The notes below the pieces were generated by a model. It searched no databases. It saw only the letters and a list, made by a program, of their open reading frames with translations, and was not told where the DNA came from. Of a DNA stretch of 64,000 nt, positions 8,143 through 17,901 are shown piece after piece (within the stretch, counting starts at the first letter, position 1; each line of letters opens with the position of its first letter). The stretch comes from Nibricoccus sp. (GTDB lineage: Bacteria > Verrucomicrobiota > Verrucomicrobiia > Opitutales > Opitutaceae): contig JASGHG010000001.1 in the NCBI GenBank assembly GCA_047602425.1, positions 64,001 to 128,000 on the forward strand. Reading direction: 5' to 3'. Position numbers and translations under genes: made by a program.

Positions 8143-11100
8143 TTGGCTGCGCTTCACCCTATGCACCAGGCACCGGAACTCCAACCTTCTCCTGCAACCG
8201 CCCCTTCCGTCAGCACGAGTCCGCTCGATCCGCTTGCGCCCGCCCGCCAGCGTCTGACGAAACTTTTCGAGTTCCTCAAGGCCTACTCGGATTTGAGGTC
8301 CCCGCCGGTTCGCCACATCGCCGACCATCCTGGTTCGTTCTGGCTTGATAAATTACCCGCCCATTCGTGCGTCGAACTCTACCGCGACGTTCCACAGGCA
8401 GAGGACGATTTTGAGGGCAACGATATTGTTCTGCGGCTGCGCCGTCCCGAGACAACGCCCTGCCCCCTCCCGCCCGCCATCCTTTCGGAATGGCTCATGC
8501 CCGGCTGGAAGGATTTCGATGGACCCAGCGAGGCGCTGAGTACGCGCACCCTTACTGGAGCCGCAGGCCAGACGATTGAAGAACGTTTTCACACGGATGC
8601 TCGCCGTCCGACCGCACTACGCCAATGGCAGGAACAACGCAACCAGTGGCATATGACCGAACGCGCAGCTCGCGAGGCCCTGACGCTTTTCGAAACTGCC
8701 TACGCTTGGTATGGCGCGCAGGAACGCGAGGGCGAGCGTGTGGAACTTCTTGTCGGTGACGGCTTGTTGTGCTGCCCGGATGAAAGCGGCGAGTTCCGAC
8801 ATCCGATCTTGCTGCAAAAACTCGAACTCGAATTCTATCCCGAAAAAGCCCAGCCCGAATTCGTTTTCCGGAAACGCGAGCAATCGCCCACGCTCTACCT
8901 CGAATTTCTCCAGGCGCTCCCCGGCGCCGACGCCCAGCAAATCGGCCGTTGCGTGGACGAACAAAAACGCAGCGAGTTTTCGCCGCTCAGCGACGAGGAC
9001 ACCAATGGATTTTTCCGCCGCCTCATCCAAGGGCTGTTCCCCAGCCGCGGCCAATTCCTCACCGGCAGCGATGCGGTCCGCGCTCTGGCCAAGCCTTTTA
9101 TTCCCGGCCAGGCGCCCGTGCTCTTGCGCCAGCCCGCCATTTTCATGCGCGAGCGACGCACCGGCCCCGAGAATATTTTTAACCTCGTGCTCGAGGACAT
9201 CGCCACGCGTGACGAATTTCCGGCTTCGCTTCTGCAAATTCTGGGTTTCAACAGCCAGCCGCTCAAACCCGAACCCGCTGTCATCGGCACGGGAATTTCG
9301 GTCGGGAATGAGGACGAGACGATTCTCTTCAGCAAACCGGCCAATCGCGAACAACTCGAGATCGCCAAGCAACTCGCCAAGCGCGATTGCGTGCTCGTGC
9401 AGGGTCCGCCCGGAACCGGCAAGACCCACACCATCGCCAACCTGCTCGGACACTTCCTGGCCCAGGGCAAACGCGTGCTCGTCACCGCGCACACGCCCAA
9501 GGCCTTGCGCGTCCTCCGTCAGAAAATCGTCGAACCTCTCCAGCCGCTTTGCATCAGCGTCCTTCAAAACGACAAACAGAGCCAGGAAGAGCTGCAATCC
9601 GCAGTGCAAAAAATCCACGTTCGCCTGAGCCAGGACAGCGACTTGCTCGAACGCGATGCGCAAAATCTGCAATCCGAACGCCTGCGCATTCTGGAGGCAT
9701 TGCGCTCCGCCCGGAAGCACCTGCTCGTCGCCCGTCAGGACGAAATTTTCGAAATCACCCTCGGCGAAAAAACCTTCCGCCCCGTCGACGCCGCCCGCCT
9801 GGTCAATTCGGGTGTTGGCTCCAATGACTGGATCCCCAGTCCCGTCGAACTCGGCGCCGCGATTCCCCTTTCCCACTCGGAAATCGTCGAACTTTACCAA
9901 ACGAATGTCCGCCTTTCGCTAGAGGACGAACGCGCAATTGCCGCGTTTCGGCCCGATCCGGCCGGCCTTCCTCCACCGCACGAGTTCAAAGGCGCGATTG
10001 ACGAACTTTCTTCTATCGCCACCGACAACCTCCGCCTGCGCGACGACCTTTGGGACAATTCCCGCGAGCCAGGCGAAATCGCCGAGTTCGACCGCATGCT
10101 GGATCACGCAAGTCGAACGATCGAATTTTTACGCGACAGCACCCAGTGGCAATTGCTCGCGCTTCAAGCCGGCCGCGACGGCAAGGTCGCACGTCGCGAA
10201 TGGGAATCGCTCATCCGGCAAATCGAGTCGACATGGACCGAGGTTCACGAATGCCACACACTTGTCATGGAGCACGGTCCGATGCTCACCGATACCCGCG
10301 ATCCGCACGAACTGCTCGCCATCATCGACGAAGCCATCGCGTACCGCGAAGCCGGGCATTCGTTTGGCTTGATGACCAAGCTCACGCGTCGCAGTGCCCA
10401 CGAGCTTCAGGCTCAGGCCCGTGTCGACAACCGCCCGCTTGATCTAAATGACCTGACTCACCTGCGCGCCATCCGTGCGCTGCTGCGCATGCGCCACCTA
10501 CGCGCCGAACTTGTCCAGCGTTGGAATCGCCAGATGGCCTGCAACGGAGGACTCGCCACATCCGAGCTCAGCGATCAGCCCGAGAAGGTTTGCAAACAAT
10601 TCGTTCCGCAACTCCAGACCTGCCTCGACTGGCATACCACCGTCTGGCAACCGCTCGAAGCGGAGTTCGACCGCCTGGGTTTCATGTGGGGCAAATTTCT
10701 CAATTCCACCCCGCCCCTCGCCGGCGAAAATGCCCAGCTGCGCCGCATCCGGAAGGCCATTCTCGGCGAACTCGGCACCATTCTACAATCGCGCAGCCGC
10801 TGGCTCCGCAAACGCCAGCTCAGCACCAAGCTCGACGGCTGGCTTGAAAAACTCAAAAGCACCGGGCGTTCCGAAGCTCCAGTCACGCGCCGTTTGCGCG
10901 ACGCCGTGAAAGGCGGCCTTTTCGGCGAGTACCAAACTTCCTACCGCGAACTAATCCGGTTGAAATCCCTCGAACCCGACCTCGAGCGCCGCGCGGAGTT
11001 GCTCGATCGTCTCACCAAATCCGCCGCCGCCTGGGCCTCGGCGATCGAAAATCGTCTGCCAGTGCATGCCGCCGCGGAGCCGCCGGGCGATCCACTCCAG

Positions 11101-12789
11101 GCTTGGGAATGGCGCCAGCTCCATGACGAACTGGATCGCAGAGCCAAAGTCTCCCTCGATCAACTTCAGCAGCGCATCGAGCGCCTCACGCATCAGCTGC
11201 TCGATATCACCGCCCAAATCGTCGAAAAACGCACCTGGCTGAAACAAATTCAGCAAACCGGTGACGCCCACAAGCAGGCCCTCGGTGCGTTTTCCGCAAT
11301 GCGCAACAAGCTCACCAAAACCGGCAAAGGCGTCCGCGACGCCGAACTCCGCGCCGCCGCCCGCGACGAGATGTCGACCGCCAAGGACGCCGTGCCGGTT
11401 TGGATCATGCCCTTGGTTGAAGTTGCCGAAACCTTCGATCCGCGCCGCGCCCGCTTTGACGTCATCATTATCGACGAGGCCAGCCAGTGCGATCCCATGT
11501 CGCTCTTCGCGCTCTACCTCGGTAAGCAGGCCATTGTCGTCGGCGACGACGAACAGGTCACACCCGTAGCCGTGGGCGTCGATGCGAGCGAGATCAGCAA
11601 GCTCATTCGCGTCTTCCTCGATTCCGTTCCGCATAAGGAGCTCTACGATGGCGAAACCTCGGTCTACGAACTCGCCCAGATTGCCTTCGGCGGCGTCATT
11701 CGCCTGACCGAGCATTTCCGCTGCGCGCCTGACATCATCGCCTTCAGCAACAGCCTCTCCTACAAAGGCGAGGTCAAGCCGTTGCGCGAAACCTCCATCA
11801 TCCCGCTCACACCGCACGTTGTCGCCCACCACGTCAAAGACGGTCGCGATACCGGCGAAAATCTCAACGACGCCGAAGCCGAGGCCGTGGCCTCGCTCAT
11901 CTGCGCGGCGATCGAACAGCCCGAATACGCGCGCAACGAGTCCGGCGAGCCCATGACGTTTGGTGTGGTCTCGTTGGTTGGTGACAAGCAAGCGCTCAAG
12001 ATCGATAGTCTCCTGCGCCAGCGCCTGGAACCCAGCGAATACCGCCGCCGCCAGATTCTCTGCGGCGACTCCGCCCAGTTCCAAGGCGACGAACGTGACG
12101 TCATGTTCCTTTCCGTCGTCGACGCGCCGCCCAGTCAGCCACCGCTCGCCCTCCGTCAAGAAGGGCCGAAGAAGATCTTCAAAAAGCGCTTCAACGTCGC
12201 CGCCAGCCGCGCCCGCAACCAGATGTGGGTCGTTCACTCGCTCAATCCCGCGATCGATCTTCAGCCGACGGACTATCGCCGCCGCGTGATCGAACACGCA
12301 CTCGATCCGAAAGCGTGGGAACGCGATCTCAAGAAACGTACGCGCAATGAAAACCGTCCACGTTACCTCGAAGACGGCGTACGCCAGCGCCTGATCGAAT
12401 ACGGCTACAACGTCACGCCGCAGTACCAAGCCGGCGCGTACTTGATCGATCTCGTGGTCGTTGGCGAAAACGCCCGCCTCGCCATCGAATGCGACGGCGA
12501 ACGCTTCCACAGCCCCGAAAAACTTCAGGAAGACCTGGAACGCCAGGCCGTGCTCGAACGGCTTGGTTGGACCTTCGTGCGCGTCCGCGGCAGTCTTTTC
12601 TTCCGCGACGAAACACGCGCGCTTGAACCCGTCTTCCGTCGCCTGCAGGAGCTAAAGATCGAACCAATCCGCCCCGACAAGTTCGTTCCCTCGCCCGCGG
12701 CCGATCAGACCGTCAACAAAATCGTCCATCGCGCCGAGCAACTCCGCCATCTCTGGTCCGCCCAGACCTCCCACCGGTCCAAGGCATGA
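8143..12789 (+). CDS. Large SF1 (UPF1/DNA2-like) helicase with C-terminal Vsr-like/MTES_1575-type endonuclease domain
   Basis: QGPPGTGKT, IIIDEASQ, VGDDEQ, EHFRC, FQGDERD, FNVAASRAR; C-terminal IDLVV..LAIECDG..FH..DLERQAVLERLGW. Start may be ATG 8161. Confidence 0.9.
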   Translation: MAALHPMHQAPELQPSPATAPSVSTSPLDPLAPARQRLTKLFEFLKAYSDLRSPPVRHIADHPGSFWLDKLPAHSCVELYRDVPQAEDDFEGNDIVLRLRRPETTPCPLPPAILSEWLMPGWKDFDGPSEALSTRTLTGAAGQTIEERFHTDARRPTALRQWQEQRNQWHMTERAAREALTLFETAYAWYGAQEREGERVELLVGDGLLCCPDESGEFRHPILLQKLELEFYPEKAQPEFVFRKREQSPTLYLEFLQALPGADAQQIGRCVDEQKRSEFSPLSDEDTNGFFRRLIQGLFPSRGQFLTGSDAVRALAKPFIPGQAPVLLRQPAIFMRERRTGPENIFNLVLEDIATRDEFPASLLQILGFNSQPLKPEPAVIGTGISVGNEDETILFSKPANREQLEIAKQLAKRDCVLVQGPPGTGKTHTIANLLGHFLAQGKRVLVTAHTPKALRVLRQKIVEPLQPLCISVLQNDKQSQEELQSAVQKIHVRLSQDSDLLERDAQNLQSERLRILEALRSARKHLLVARQDEIFEITLGEKTFRPVDAARLVNSGVGSNDWIPSPVELGAAIPLSHSEIVELYQTNVRLSLEDERAIAAFRPDPAGLPPPHEFKGAIDELSSIATDNLRLRDDLWDNSREPGEIAEFDRMLDHASRTIEFLRDSTQWQLLALQAGRDGKVARREWESLIRQIESTWTEVHECHTLVMEHGPMLTDTRDPHELLAIIDEAIAYREAGHSFGLMTKLTRRSAHELQAQARVDNRPLDLNDLTHLRAIRALLRMRHLRAELVQRWNRQMACNGGLATSELSDQPEKVCKQFVPQLQTCLDWHTTVWQPLEAEFDRLGFMWGKFLNSTPPLAGENAQLRRIRKAILGELGTILQSRSRWLRKRQLSTKLDGWLEKLKSTGRSEAPVTRRLRDAVKGGLFGEYQTSYRELIRLKSLEPDLERRAELLDRLTKSAAAWASAIENRLPVHAAAEPPGDPLQAWEWRQLHDELDRRAKVSLDQLQQRIERLTHQLLDITAQIVEKRTWLKQIQQTGDAHKQALGAFSAMRNKLTKTGKGVRDAELRAAARDEMSTAKDAVPVWIMPLVEVAETFDPRRARFDVIIIDEASQCDPMSLFALYLGKQAIVVGDDEQVTPVAVGVDASEISKLIRVFLDSVPHKELYDGETSVYELAQIAFGGVIRLTEHFRCAPDIIAFSNSLSYKGEVKPLRETSIIPLTPHVVAHHVKDGRDTGENLNDAEAEAVASLICAAIEQPEYARNESGEPMTFGVVSLVGDKQALKIDSLLRQRLEPSEYRRRQILCGDSAQFQGDERDVMFLSVVDAPPSQPPLALRQEGPKKIFKKRFNVAASRARNQMWVVHSLNPAIDLQPTDYRRRVIEHALDPKAWERDLKKRTRNENRPRYLEDGVRQRLIEYGYNVTPQYQAGAYLIDLVVVGENARLAIECDGERFHSPEKLQEDLERQAVLERLGWTFVRVRGSLFFRDETRALEPVFRRLQELKIEPIRPDKFVPSPAADQTVNKIVHRAEQLRHLWSAQTSHRSKA

Positions 12790-12795
12790 TCCAAA

Positions 12796-12832
12796 ACGCA
12801 GGCCTGACCTCGCCGTCAGGCCTTCCCTGCGT
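12796..12832. repeat. GC-rich hairpin (REP-like or terminator) after the helicase gene
   Basis: AGGCCTGAC-CTCGCC-GTCAGGCCT with flanking ACGCAG/CTGCGT; no clear U-tract. Confidence 0.45.
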
Positions 12833-12968
12833 CAAAAACGCCGTAAGACCGGCGCGTCGGGTCGGTTAAGATCGCGCGCCGCCGACGGCGGCTGGCATTG
12901 AGTTCTCGTTTGCCTCAGCGGGGTTTCCCGTGCGAAGAGAACGTCGCAATGTCGTCTAACGTTCTGCG

Positions 12969-13733
12969 ATGAATTCCTCAATCACGCGTTCCTTTAGCTG
13001 GTCACTCGCCCTTCATGTGTCGTGCTGTGCCCTCCTGTGTATTGTGATAGCCCGTCCTCAACACGAATTTATCCCCGCCGTAACACCGCGCGATATCTTC
13101 CGGCTGGTTCCTTCCTCTGAAGCCGTTTCAAATCCAGGTCCCTCCAGCGACACAGCTCCGACCGTGCGCATACCAGAATTGCCAAGAATCAAAATCTCGC
13201 CCGCCGCAGACAACAGCCAACCGCAAACCTCTGCCCAGCCGACACGTTCGGTTTCACAGGCGAACGCGCCGATTGCGTCTACGCAGTCTCAACGCGTCAG
13301 CTTTGATCGATATCGGAGGATGCACGGGCTTTCAAATGGTTCACCCCGAAAACCTATACCAGTTGCCAACTCCAATGGTCGAAGGATCAATGTTGCAGAC
13401 TTTGCTTACAATGGAACAGCCACGACCGCCCCTTCGTCTTCCGACTCGGTAAATTCGTCGGAACTCAACGAGAACTTCATTTCGGGTCTGCTTTTTGAGT
13501 TAAAACGAAGCTACGCCGGTCGCGAAGCCGGTTTCGCCGGGTTGAGCGTGGAGGTCGAATTTGTGCTGGGGCCAAACGGCCGCTTAAAAACTTCGCAGCT
13601 CCTCACCTCCTCCGGACAAGCCGAATTTGATCAAGCAGTATTGGAGGCCCTGCAACACGTCCAGCTGGTCAATTGTCCTGCCGACGCCGCGGGGCGGCGC
13701 TTCAAAACCCGATTCGTTATATCTAATCCTTGA
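12969..13733 (+). CDS. TonB/TolA C-terminal domain protein
   Basis: N-terminal TM helix with SLALH (SxxxH), Pro/Ser-rich linker, C-terminal VEVEFVLGPNG..SSGQAEFDQAVLEA. Confidence 0.8.
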   Translation: MNSSITRSFSWSLALHVSCCALLCIVIARPQHEFIPAVTPRDIFRLVPSSEAVSNPGPSSDTAPTVRIPELPRIKISPAADNSQPQTSAQPTRSVSQANAPIASTQSQRVSFDRYRRMHGLSNGSPRKPIPVANSNGRRINVADFAYNGTATTAPSSSDSVNSSELNENFISGLLFELKRSYAGREAGFAGLSVEVEFVLGPNGRLKTSQLLTSSGQAEFDQAVLEALQHVQLVNCPADAAGRRFKTRFVISNP

Positions 13734-14292
13734 GCGGCTGGCGCTCCTTTGCCGCAACGTCGTCGATCCAAGTCCTATCCACCAAAAACCTCCAAGGTTT
13801 CGTCGTCCAGATCGGTCCGGCGTAGTCGATGCCGACGCGTGGCGACGTTTGTATCCGTTTTTTGGGCACAATTCTTCCATCGTTCTCCACGTGAAGGCCC
13901 ACCGCTGGTTCGGCCAAGAGTCCATTGAGCTTCCGATCGATTCCCAGTCGCTTCGTCAGCCGGCCCGGACCGCTCACGTCGTGCAAGCCACGAATCAATA
14001 CCGCCGCGGGAAATCCTTCGGGCCCCATGACCAGATTCAGCATCTCGTGCACGCCATAACAAAAATACACGTACCAAATTCCGCCAGGACGAAACATGAC
14101 CTCGGTGCGCGCCGTGCGGCCTTTGCTGGCGTGACACGCCTTATCCTCCGGGCCGTTGTATGCCTCCGTTTCGGTGATGATGTGCCGCGAAATCTCGCCG
14201 TTCGCTCGCGTGCGCACGAGCGTTTTGCCCAACAGCCAAGGCGCAAACACAACCGCATCCTTGGTGGCAAAAAATTCCGGTGGTACGATCAT
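13723..14292 (-). CDS. mpg: DNA-3-methyladenine glycosylase (MPG family)
   Basis: LLGKTL, ITETEAY, ACHA, YVYFCYGVHEMLN, AAVLIR, GPGRLT, PRVGI, PWRF. Confidence 0.93.
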   Translation of the reverse strand: MIVPPEFFATKDAVVFAPWLLGKTLVRTRANGEISRHIITETEAYNGPEDKACHASKGRTARTEVMFRPGGIWYVYFCYGVHEMLNLVMGPEGFPAAVLIRGLHDVSGPGRLTKRLGIDRKLNGLLAEPAVGLHVENDGRIVPKKRIQTSPRVGIDYAGPIWTTKPWRFLVDRTWIDDVAAKERQPLKD

Positions 14293-14490
14293 ATTTTATC
14301 ACGAATAGAAAACGGGACCGTCGCCTTCTAGCAACCTCACAGAACTTGAAAGACAAAAGATCGCAAAGTACCGCGAAAAACTCCGCCGCGGCTTCGTGCT
14401 TTGTGCTCGGTCAGGGGAACTCGCATGAAAAGTGTTTTCTCTTTTTGCGTCTTTTATGCCTTTTTGTGGCCAACTTCACATAACCGTTTG

Positions 14491-15402
14491 ATGACGCCCA
14501 CGCTTTACACCCTCACGGGCAACCTGCTCTGGGAACGCACGCTGGAATTCGCCAGTTGGGCGCCCGGCAAAACCCAGCGCGCCCGCGCTTCGTCGTTTCA
14601 AGTCGGCGGCAAGGGCATCAACGTCGCGCGCATGCTCGCGCGGCTCGGCGCGCCGACCGAGGCTTTGTGCTTTGCCGGTGGTTCGACCGGTGCCGACTGC
14701 ACCGCTTGGCTGCGCGAGAAAAACATTCCGCACCGCGTTTTTGCGAACAGCGAAGCTACGCGCACCGGCACCGTGATTCGGTCTCCGGGCCAGCCGGAAA
14801 CGACGTTTTTCAGTCCCGATGTCGCCCCCGATGCGCAAGCCTGGGCTGCCTGCACTGCGTTCATCGATCAACTTCCGGCAAATAGCGTGCTGGCGCTCTG
14901 CGGCAGTTTCCCTGGGTGGACCACGACCTCCGCCGATTCTTTGCGTAGTGCGCTTTCGCGCTTCGCCGCTCGCGCCACGCTGGTCGCCGACACCTACGGC
15001 CCTCCGCTCGACTGGGCCGTTTCACAACCGATCGCCCTCGTGAAAATCAATCGCGAGGAGTTCGATGCGTTGGCGCCGAATTCCACCGCTACCGAACCAT
15101 TCGACAAAAGGATCGCCACTCTGTCCACCAGTTCGGCAGTCCGCACTTGGATCGTGACCGACGGCGAAAAACCCGTGTGGCTCGTGGAAAAAGGCGCCGC
15201 GCCGCGCTCGTTTACGCCGCCCGCCATCGAAACAATTTCTCCCACCGGTTCCGGCGATGTTTTGCTCGCCTGCCTGCTTCATGGTCGCCATCATCGAGGC
15301 CTCTCTCCGAGCGACGCGCTCGCCTACGCTCTGCCTTATGCCGCTGCGAACGCCGCGCATCCCGGCGTTGCGGATTTTAACTTGAACAATCTTCCCCACT
15401 AA
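14491..15402 (+). CDS. PfkB-family (1-phosphofructokinase-like) sugar kinase
   Basis: GGKGINVAR, KINREEF, SPTGSGD; start set at ATG 14491. Confidence 0.88.
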   Translation: MTPTLYTLTGNLLWERTLEFASWAPGKTQRARASSFQVGGKGINVARMLARLGAPTEALCFAGGSTGADCTAWLREKNIPHRVFANSEATRTGTVIRSPGQPETTFFSPDVAPDAQAWAACTAFIDQLPANSVLALCGSFPGWTTTSADSLRSALSRFAARATLVADTYGPPLDWAVSQPIALVKINREEFDALAPNSTATEPFDKRIATLSTSSAVRTWIVTDGEKPVWLVEKGAAPRSFTPPAIETISPTGSGDVLLACLLHGRHHRGLSPSDALAYALPYAAANAAHPGVADFNLNNLPH

Positions 15403-15425
15403 CGGTCTGTCCTGCACTAAACACC

Positions 15426-16115
15426 ATGAAACGAACCATTATCATTCTTGTCATCCTCGCGCTCGGCATTGGCGGAGGCGCCTATATTTACCAGTCCAAC
15501 AAGGCGGAACGCGAACGCGAGTTGGCCGAACGCAGAGCCGCTTTCGAAAAAAACGAACAAGCCCGCCGCGCCGAGGAAGCCCGCAAGAAAGCCGAGGCCG
15601 AAGCTGAAGCGCAGCGTCTCGCCGAAGCGCGCAAAAAAGCTGAAGAAGAAGCCGCTGCGAAGGAGCAGGAACGCCTCCGTGCCGAGCAGGCGGCTGCCGA
15701 AGCCGCCCGCCTCGCCGCCGAAGAAGAGGCCAAACGTCAGGAAGCCGAGCGCCAACGTCTCGCCTTGGAGAAATTAAAAGCTACGGAGGAAGCCAAAGCC
15801 GAACAGGCTCGTCGCGAGAAGGCCGCCGCCGAGGCTGAGGCCGCTCGCATCGCCGCTCTCGAAGAAGTTGCGCGCCTCGAACGTGAAAAAAAGGAAGCTG
15901 CCGACCGCGAAGCAGCCCGCCTCGCCGCCTTGAAACGCCAGCAGGAACTGGAAGCGGCCGAAGCGCAGAACAAAATTCCGGTCATTCAGCGCTCGATCAT
16001 GCCCTCCGACTACAAACGCCGCGAGCACTACTACCTCAATGTTGAGATGGAAAACGAACAGAACAGAAAAACGCCCACTCGCCCGCAACCGGCGGCCAAG
16101 AGCACCGCTCCCTAA
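15426..16115 (+). CDS. Membrane-anchored Ala/Glu/Arg-rich coiled-coil protein (TolA-like composition)
   Basis: N-terminal TM segment followed by about 150 aa of EAEAxRLAE-type helix. Confidence 0.75.
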   Translation: MKRTIIILVILALGIGGGAYIYQSNKAERERELAERRAAFEKNEQARRAEEARKKAEAEAEAQRLAEARKKAEEEAAAKEQERLRAEQAAAEAARLAAEEEAKRQEAERQRLALEKLKATEEAKAEQARREKAAAEAEAARIAALEEVARLEREKKEAADREAARLAALKRQQELEAAEAQNKIPVIQRSIMPSDYKRREHYYLNVEMENEQNRKTPTRPQPAAKSTAP

Positions 16116-16146
16116 CCCCTTCAATTAGCGCCACTCCCACGTTCTA

Positions 16147-16189
16147 ACGGCCGTCCTGCAAGCCTGCGTGACGGCCGTGTTTATTTTTC
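16147..16189 (+). terminator. Rho-independent terminator
   Basis: ACGGCCGTC...GACGGCCGT stem followed by GTTTATTTTT. Confidence 0.6.
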
Positions 16190-16243
16190 CCAAATAGGAC
16201 TTGCTTCGGCGCGATAAAAAACTCTTAGTTCGCGGTTTTATTT

Positions 16244-16558
16244 ATGAAAGCGACCATCAAAACCCAAGGCCAGCAGTTCGCTGTATCCGAGGGCGACATC
16301 TTAATCGTTAACCGCTACCAGAACTCCGTGGCCGGCTCGACCGTCCAGATCAACGAAGTCCTCTCGGCTGGCGAAGGTGAAAATTTCAAAGTCGGCTCGC
16401 CCACCATCGACGGCGCCAGCGTGACTGCCACCATCCTTGAAAACAAGCGTGGCAAGAAAGTCATCGTCTTCAAGAAACGGAAACGTAAGGGCATGGAGCG
16501 CAAGCAAGGCCATCGCCAGGACTTGTCCGTCATCAAAATCGAATCCATTAACGCTTAA
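16244..16558 (+). CDS. rplU: 50S ribosomal protein L21
   Basis: [18 protein letters not shown]...[17 protein letters not shown]; adjacent to rpmA. Confidence 0.97.
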   Translation: MKATIKTQGQQFAVSEGDILIVNRYQNSVAGSTVQINEVLSAGEGENFKVGSPTIDGASVTATILENKRGKKVIVFKKRKRKGMERKQGHRQDLSVIKIESINA

Positions 16559-16572
16559 GGAGTACATTCACC

Positions 16573-16812
16573 ATGGCGCACAAAAAAGGTCAGGGAACAT
16601 CAAGCAACGGCCGCGATAGCGCTTCACAACGTCTCGGCGTTAAGAAGTTCGGCGGTCAGGAAGTCGTCGCCGGCAACATCCTCGTTCGCCAACGCGGCAC
16701 CAAGATCCACGCCGGCCGCAACGTCGGCACGGGTCGTGACTGGACGCTCTTCGCCCTCAAGGACGGCACCGTCAAATACGACAAGGTTCATCGCCGCGTC
16801 GAGATCGTCTGA
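16573..16812 (+). CDS. rpmA: 50S ribosomal protein L27
   Basis: [24 protein letters not shown]...[14 protein letters not shown] ribosome-binding site. Confidence 0.98.
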   Translation: MAHKKGQGTSSNGRDSASQRLGVKKFGGQEVVAGNILVRQRGTKIHAGRNVGTGRDWTLFALKDGTVKYDKVHRRVEIV

Positions 16813-16836
16813 ACCAACAGACAACGTTAAACTTTC

Positions 16837-16872
16837 AAAACGCAGCCTTTACCGGCTGCGTTTTTTCTTTTT
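16837..16872 (+). terminator. Rho-independent terminator after rpmA
   Basis: AAAACGCAGCC-TTTACC-GGCTGCGTTTT followed by more T's. Confidence 0.85.
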
Positions 16873-16907
16873 CATCATCCGCGCACCGCAAGCCGATAAA
16901 CACCCCG

Positions 16908-17303
16908 ATGCCCAATCGTCTGCCGGAACTTCTGCGCCAACGCGCCCTTCTTCAAGAGCATCTCGCCTGGTTGGACCGCGAAATCGCCGCAGAACAAGGT
17001 TCACCAACTGCGAAATCCACATCGGAACTGAAATCGGTTCCGACCGCTGTGCTGTCCATCCCAACCGCCCGCCCGGCCGCTCCGGCAAGTACGCCTACCG
17101 CCACGACGACACCGCCTCCGCTGCCGGAAAATCCCACGGATCTGGATAAAATCGTAGCCCAATATCGCCGGGATCCCGGTTCGCTCACCCAAGATACGAG
17201 ACGGGGTTGCCTGATGATTTTTTGGATCGGTTTGGCAACCGTGTTGCTGATTTCAGGCATCGTTTACTGGTTGTATGCCCGCCACCTAGGACGGTGGTGG
17301 TGA
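16908..17303 (+). CDS. Hypothetical protein: N-terminal helix, Pro/Thr linker, C-terminal TM helix
   Basis: LLRQRALLQEHLAWLDREIAA; PT-rich linker; RRGCLMIFWIGLATVLLISGIVYWLY. Confidence 0.7.
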   Translation: MPNRLPELLRQRALLQEHLAWLDREIAAEQGSPTAKSTSELKSVPTAVLSIPTARPAAPASTPTATTTPPPLPENPTDLDKIVAQYRRDPGSLTQDTRRGCLMIFWIGLATVLLISGIVYWLYARHLGRWW

Positions 17304-17391
17304 GGTAAGTTGCGACAGGGATTTTTCGCGTCGCAGCTTTTAAGGAAATTCGCCGAACCACGGAGAAAACCTCGGGTCTAGCCGAGAGATT

Positions 17392-17850
17392 TTGTCCGAA
17401 ACCACCCCAAAAGAATCCTTTCTTCAAGGAGCTCCCCGAGCAGAGCTCGCCCGGCTGTGCCGGCAAATCTGCCTTGCCCGCGAGCAGGGCAAAATGTCGC
17501 CCGATATCGCCGACGAAGAATTCCGCCTTGCCCTGAATACCGTCCGGGCAACTTACAATTCCGTGAACATCAGCGACACCGACCTCGACGCCGTTGTCGC
17601 CGTCGAAGAAAACCGCGTCGCTGACGCTGCGGTTCTCGCGCAATTGATTTCCTCGCAGCTGGCAGCCATTTCGCCGGCAGGTTTGCCCGTACAAAAACCG
17701 GCCTTTCCTGCTTCCGAAACCGCCGCGAGCCTGCCTACGCCCATACCATTCCCCTCGGGCGGCTCGGCTCCGTCGCTCAATGTCGCCGATCTCATCGACG
17801 GCATGCTCGCCCAGGAGAAACGCGACCTTAAAACCAGTAAAAAGTACTAA
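17392..17850 (+). CDS. Hypothetical helical protein upstream of the actin-like gene
   Basis: TTG start (uncertain); helical N-domain, Pro-rich linker, C-terminal helix VADLIDGMLAQEKR. Confidence 0.7.
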   Translation: MSETTPKESFLQGAPRAELARLCRQICLAREQGKMSPDIADEEFRLALNTVRATYNSVNISDTDLDAVVAVEENRVADAAVLAQLISSQLAAISPAGLPVQKPAFPASETAASLPTPIPFPSGGSAPSLNVADLIDGMLAQEKRDLKTSKKY

Positions 17851-17901
17851 TTTCCAGCGCTGGCTTCAGCAAAACCTCATCCAAAGAACCAAACTCACTC
17901 C

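Noticed and set aside
8617..12510. Long minus-strand ORFs (427 aa and 519 aa) inside the helicase
   Set aside because: Antisense shadows expected in high-GC3 genes; no motifs.
12833..12968. Cobalamin riboswitch upstream of the TonB-like gene
   Set aside because: Only a weak GTTCTC/GAGAAC pairing; no B12-box or GGGAA..GGTG..AATCC core.
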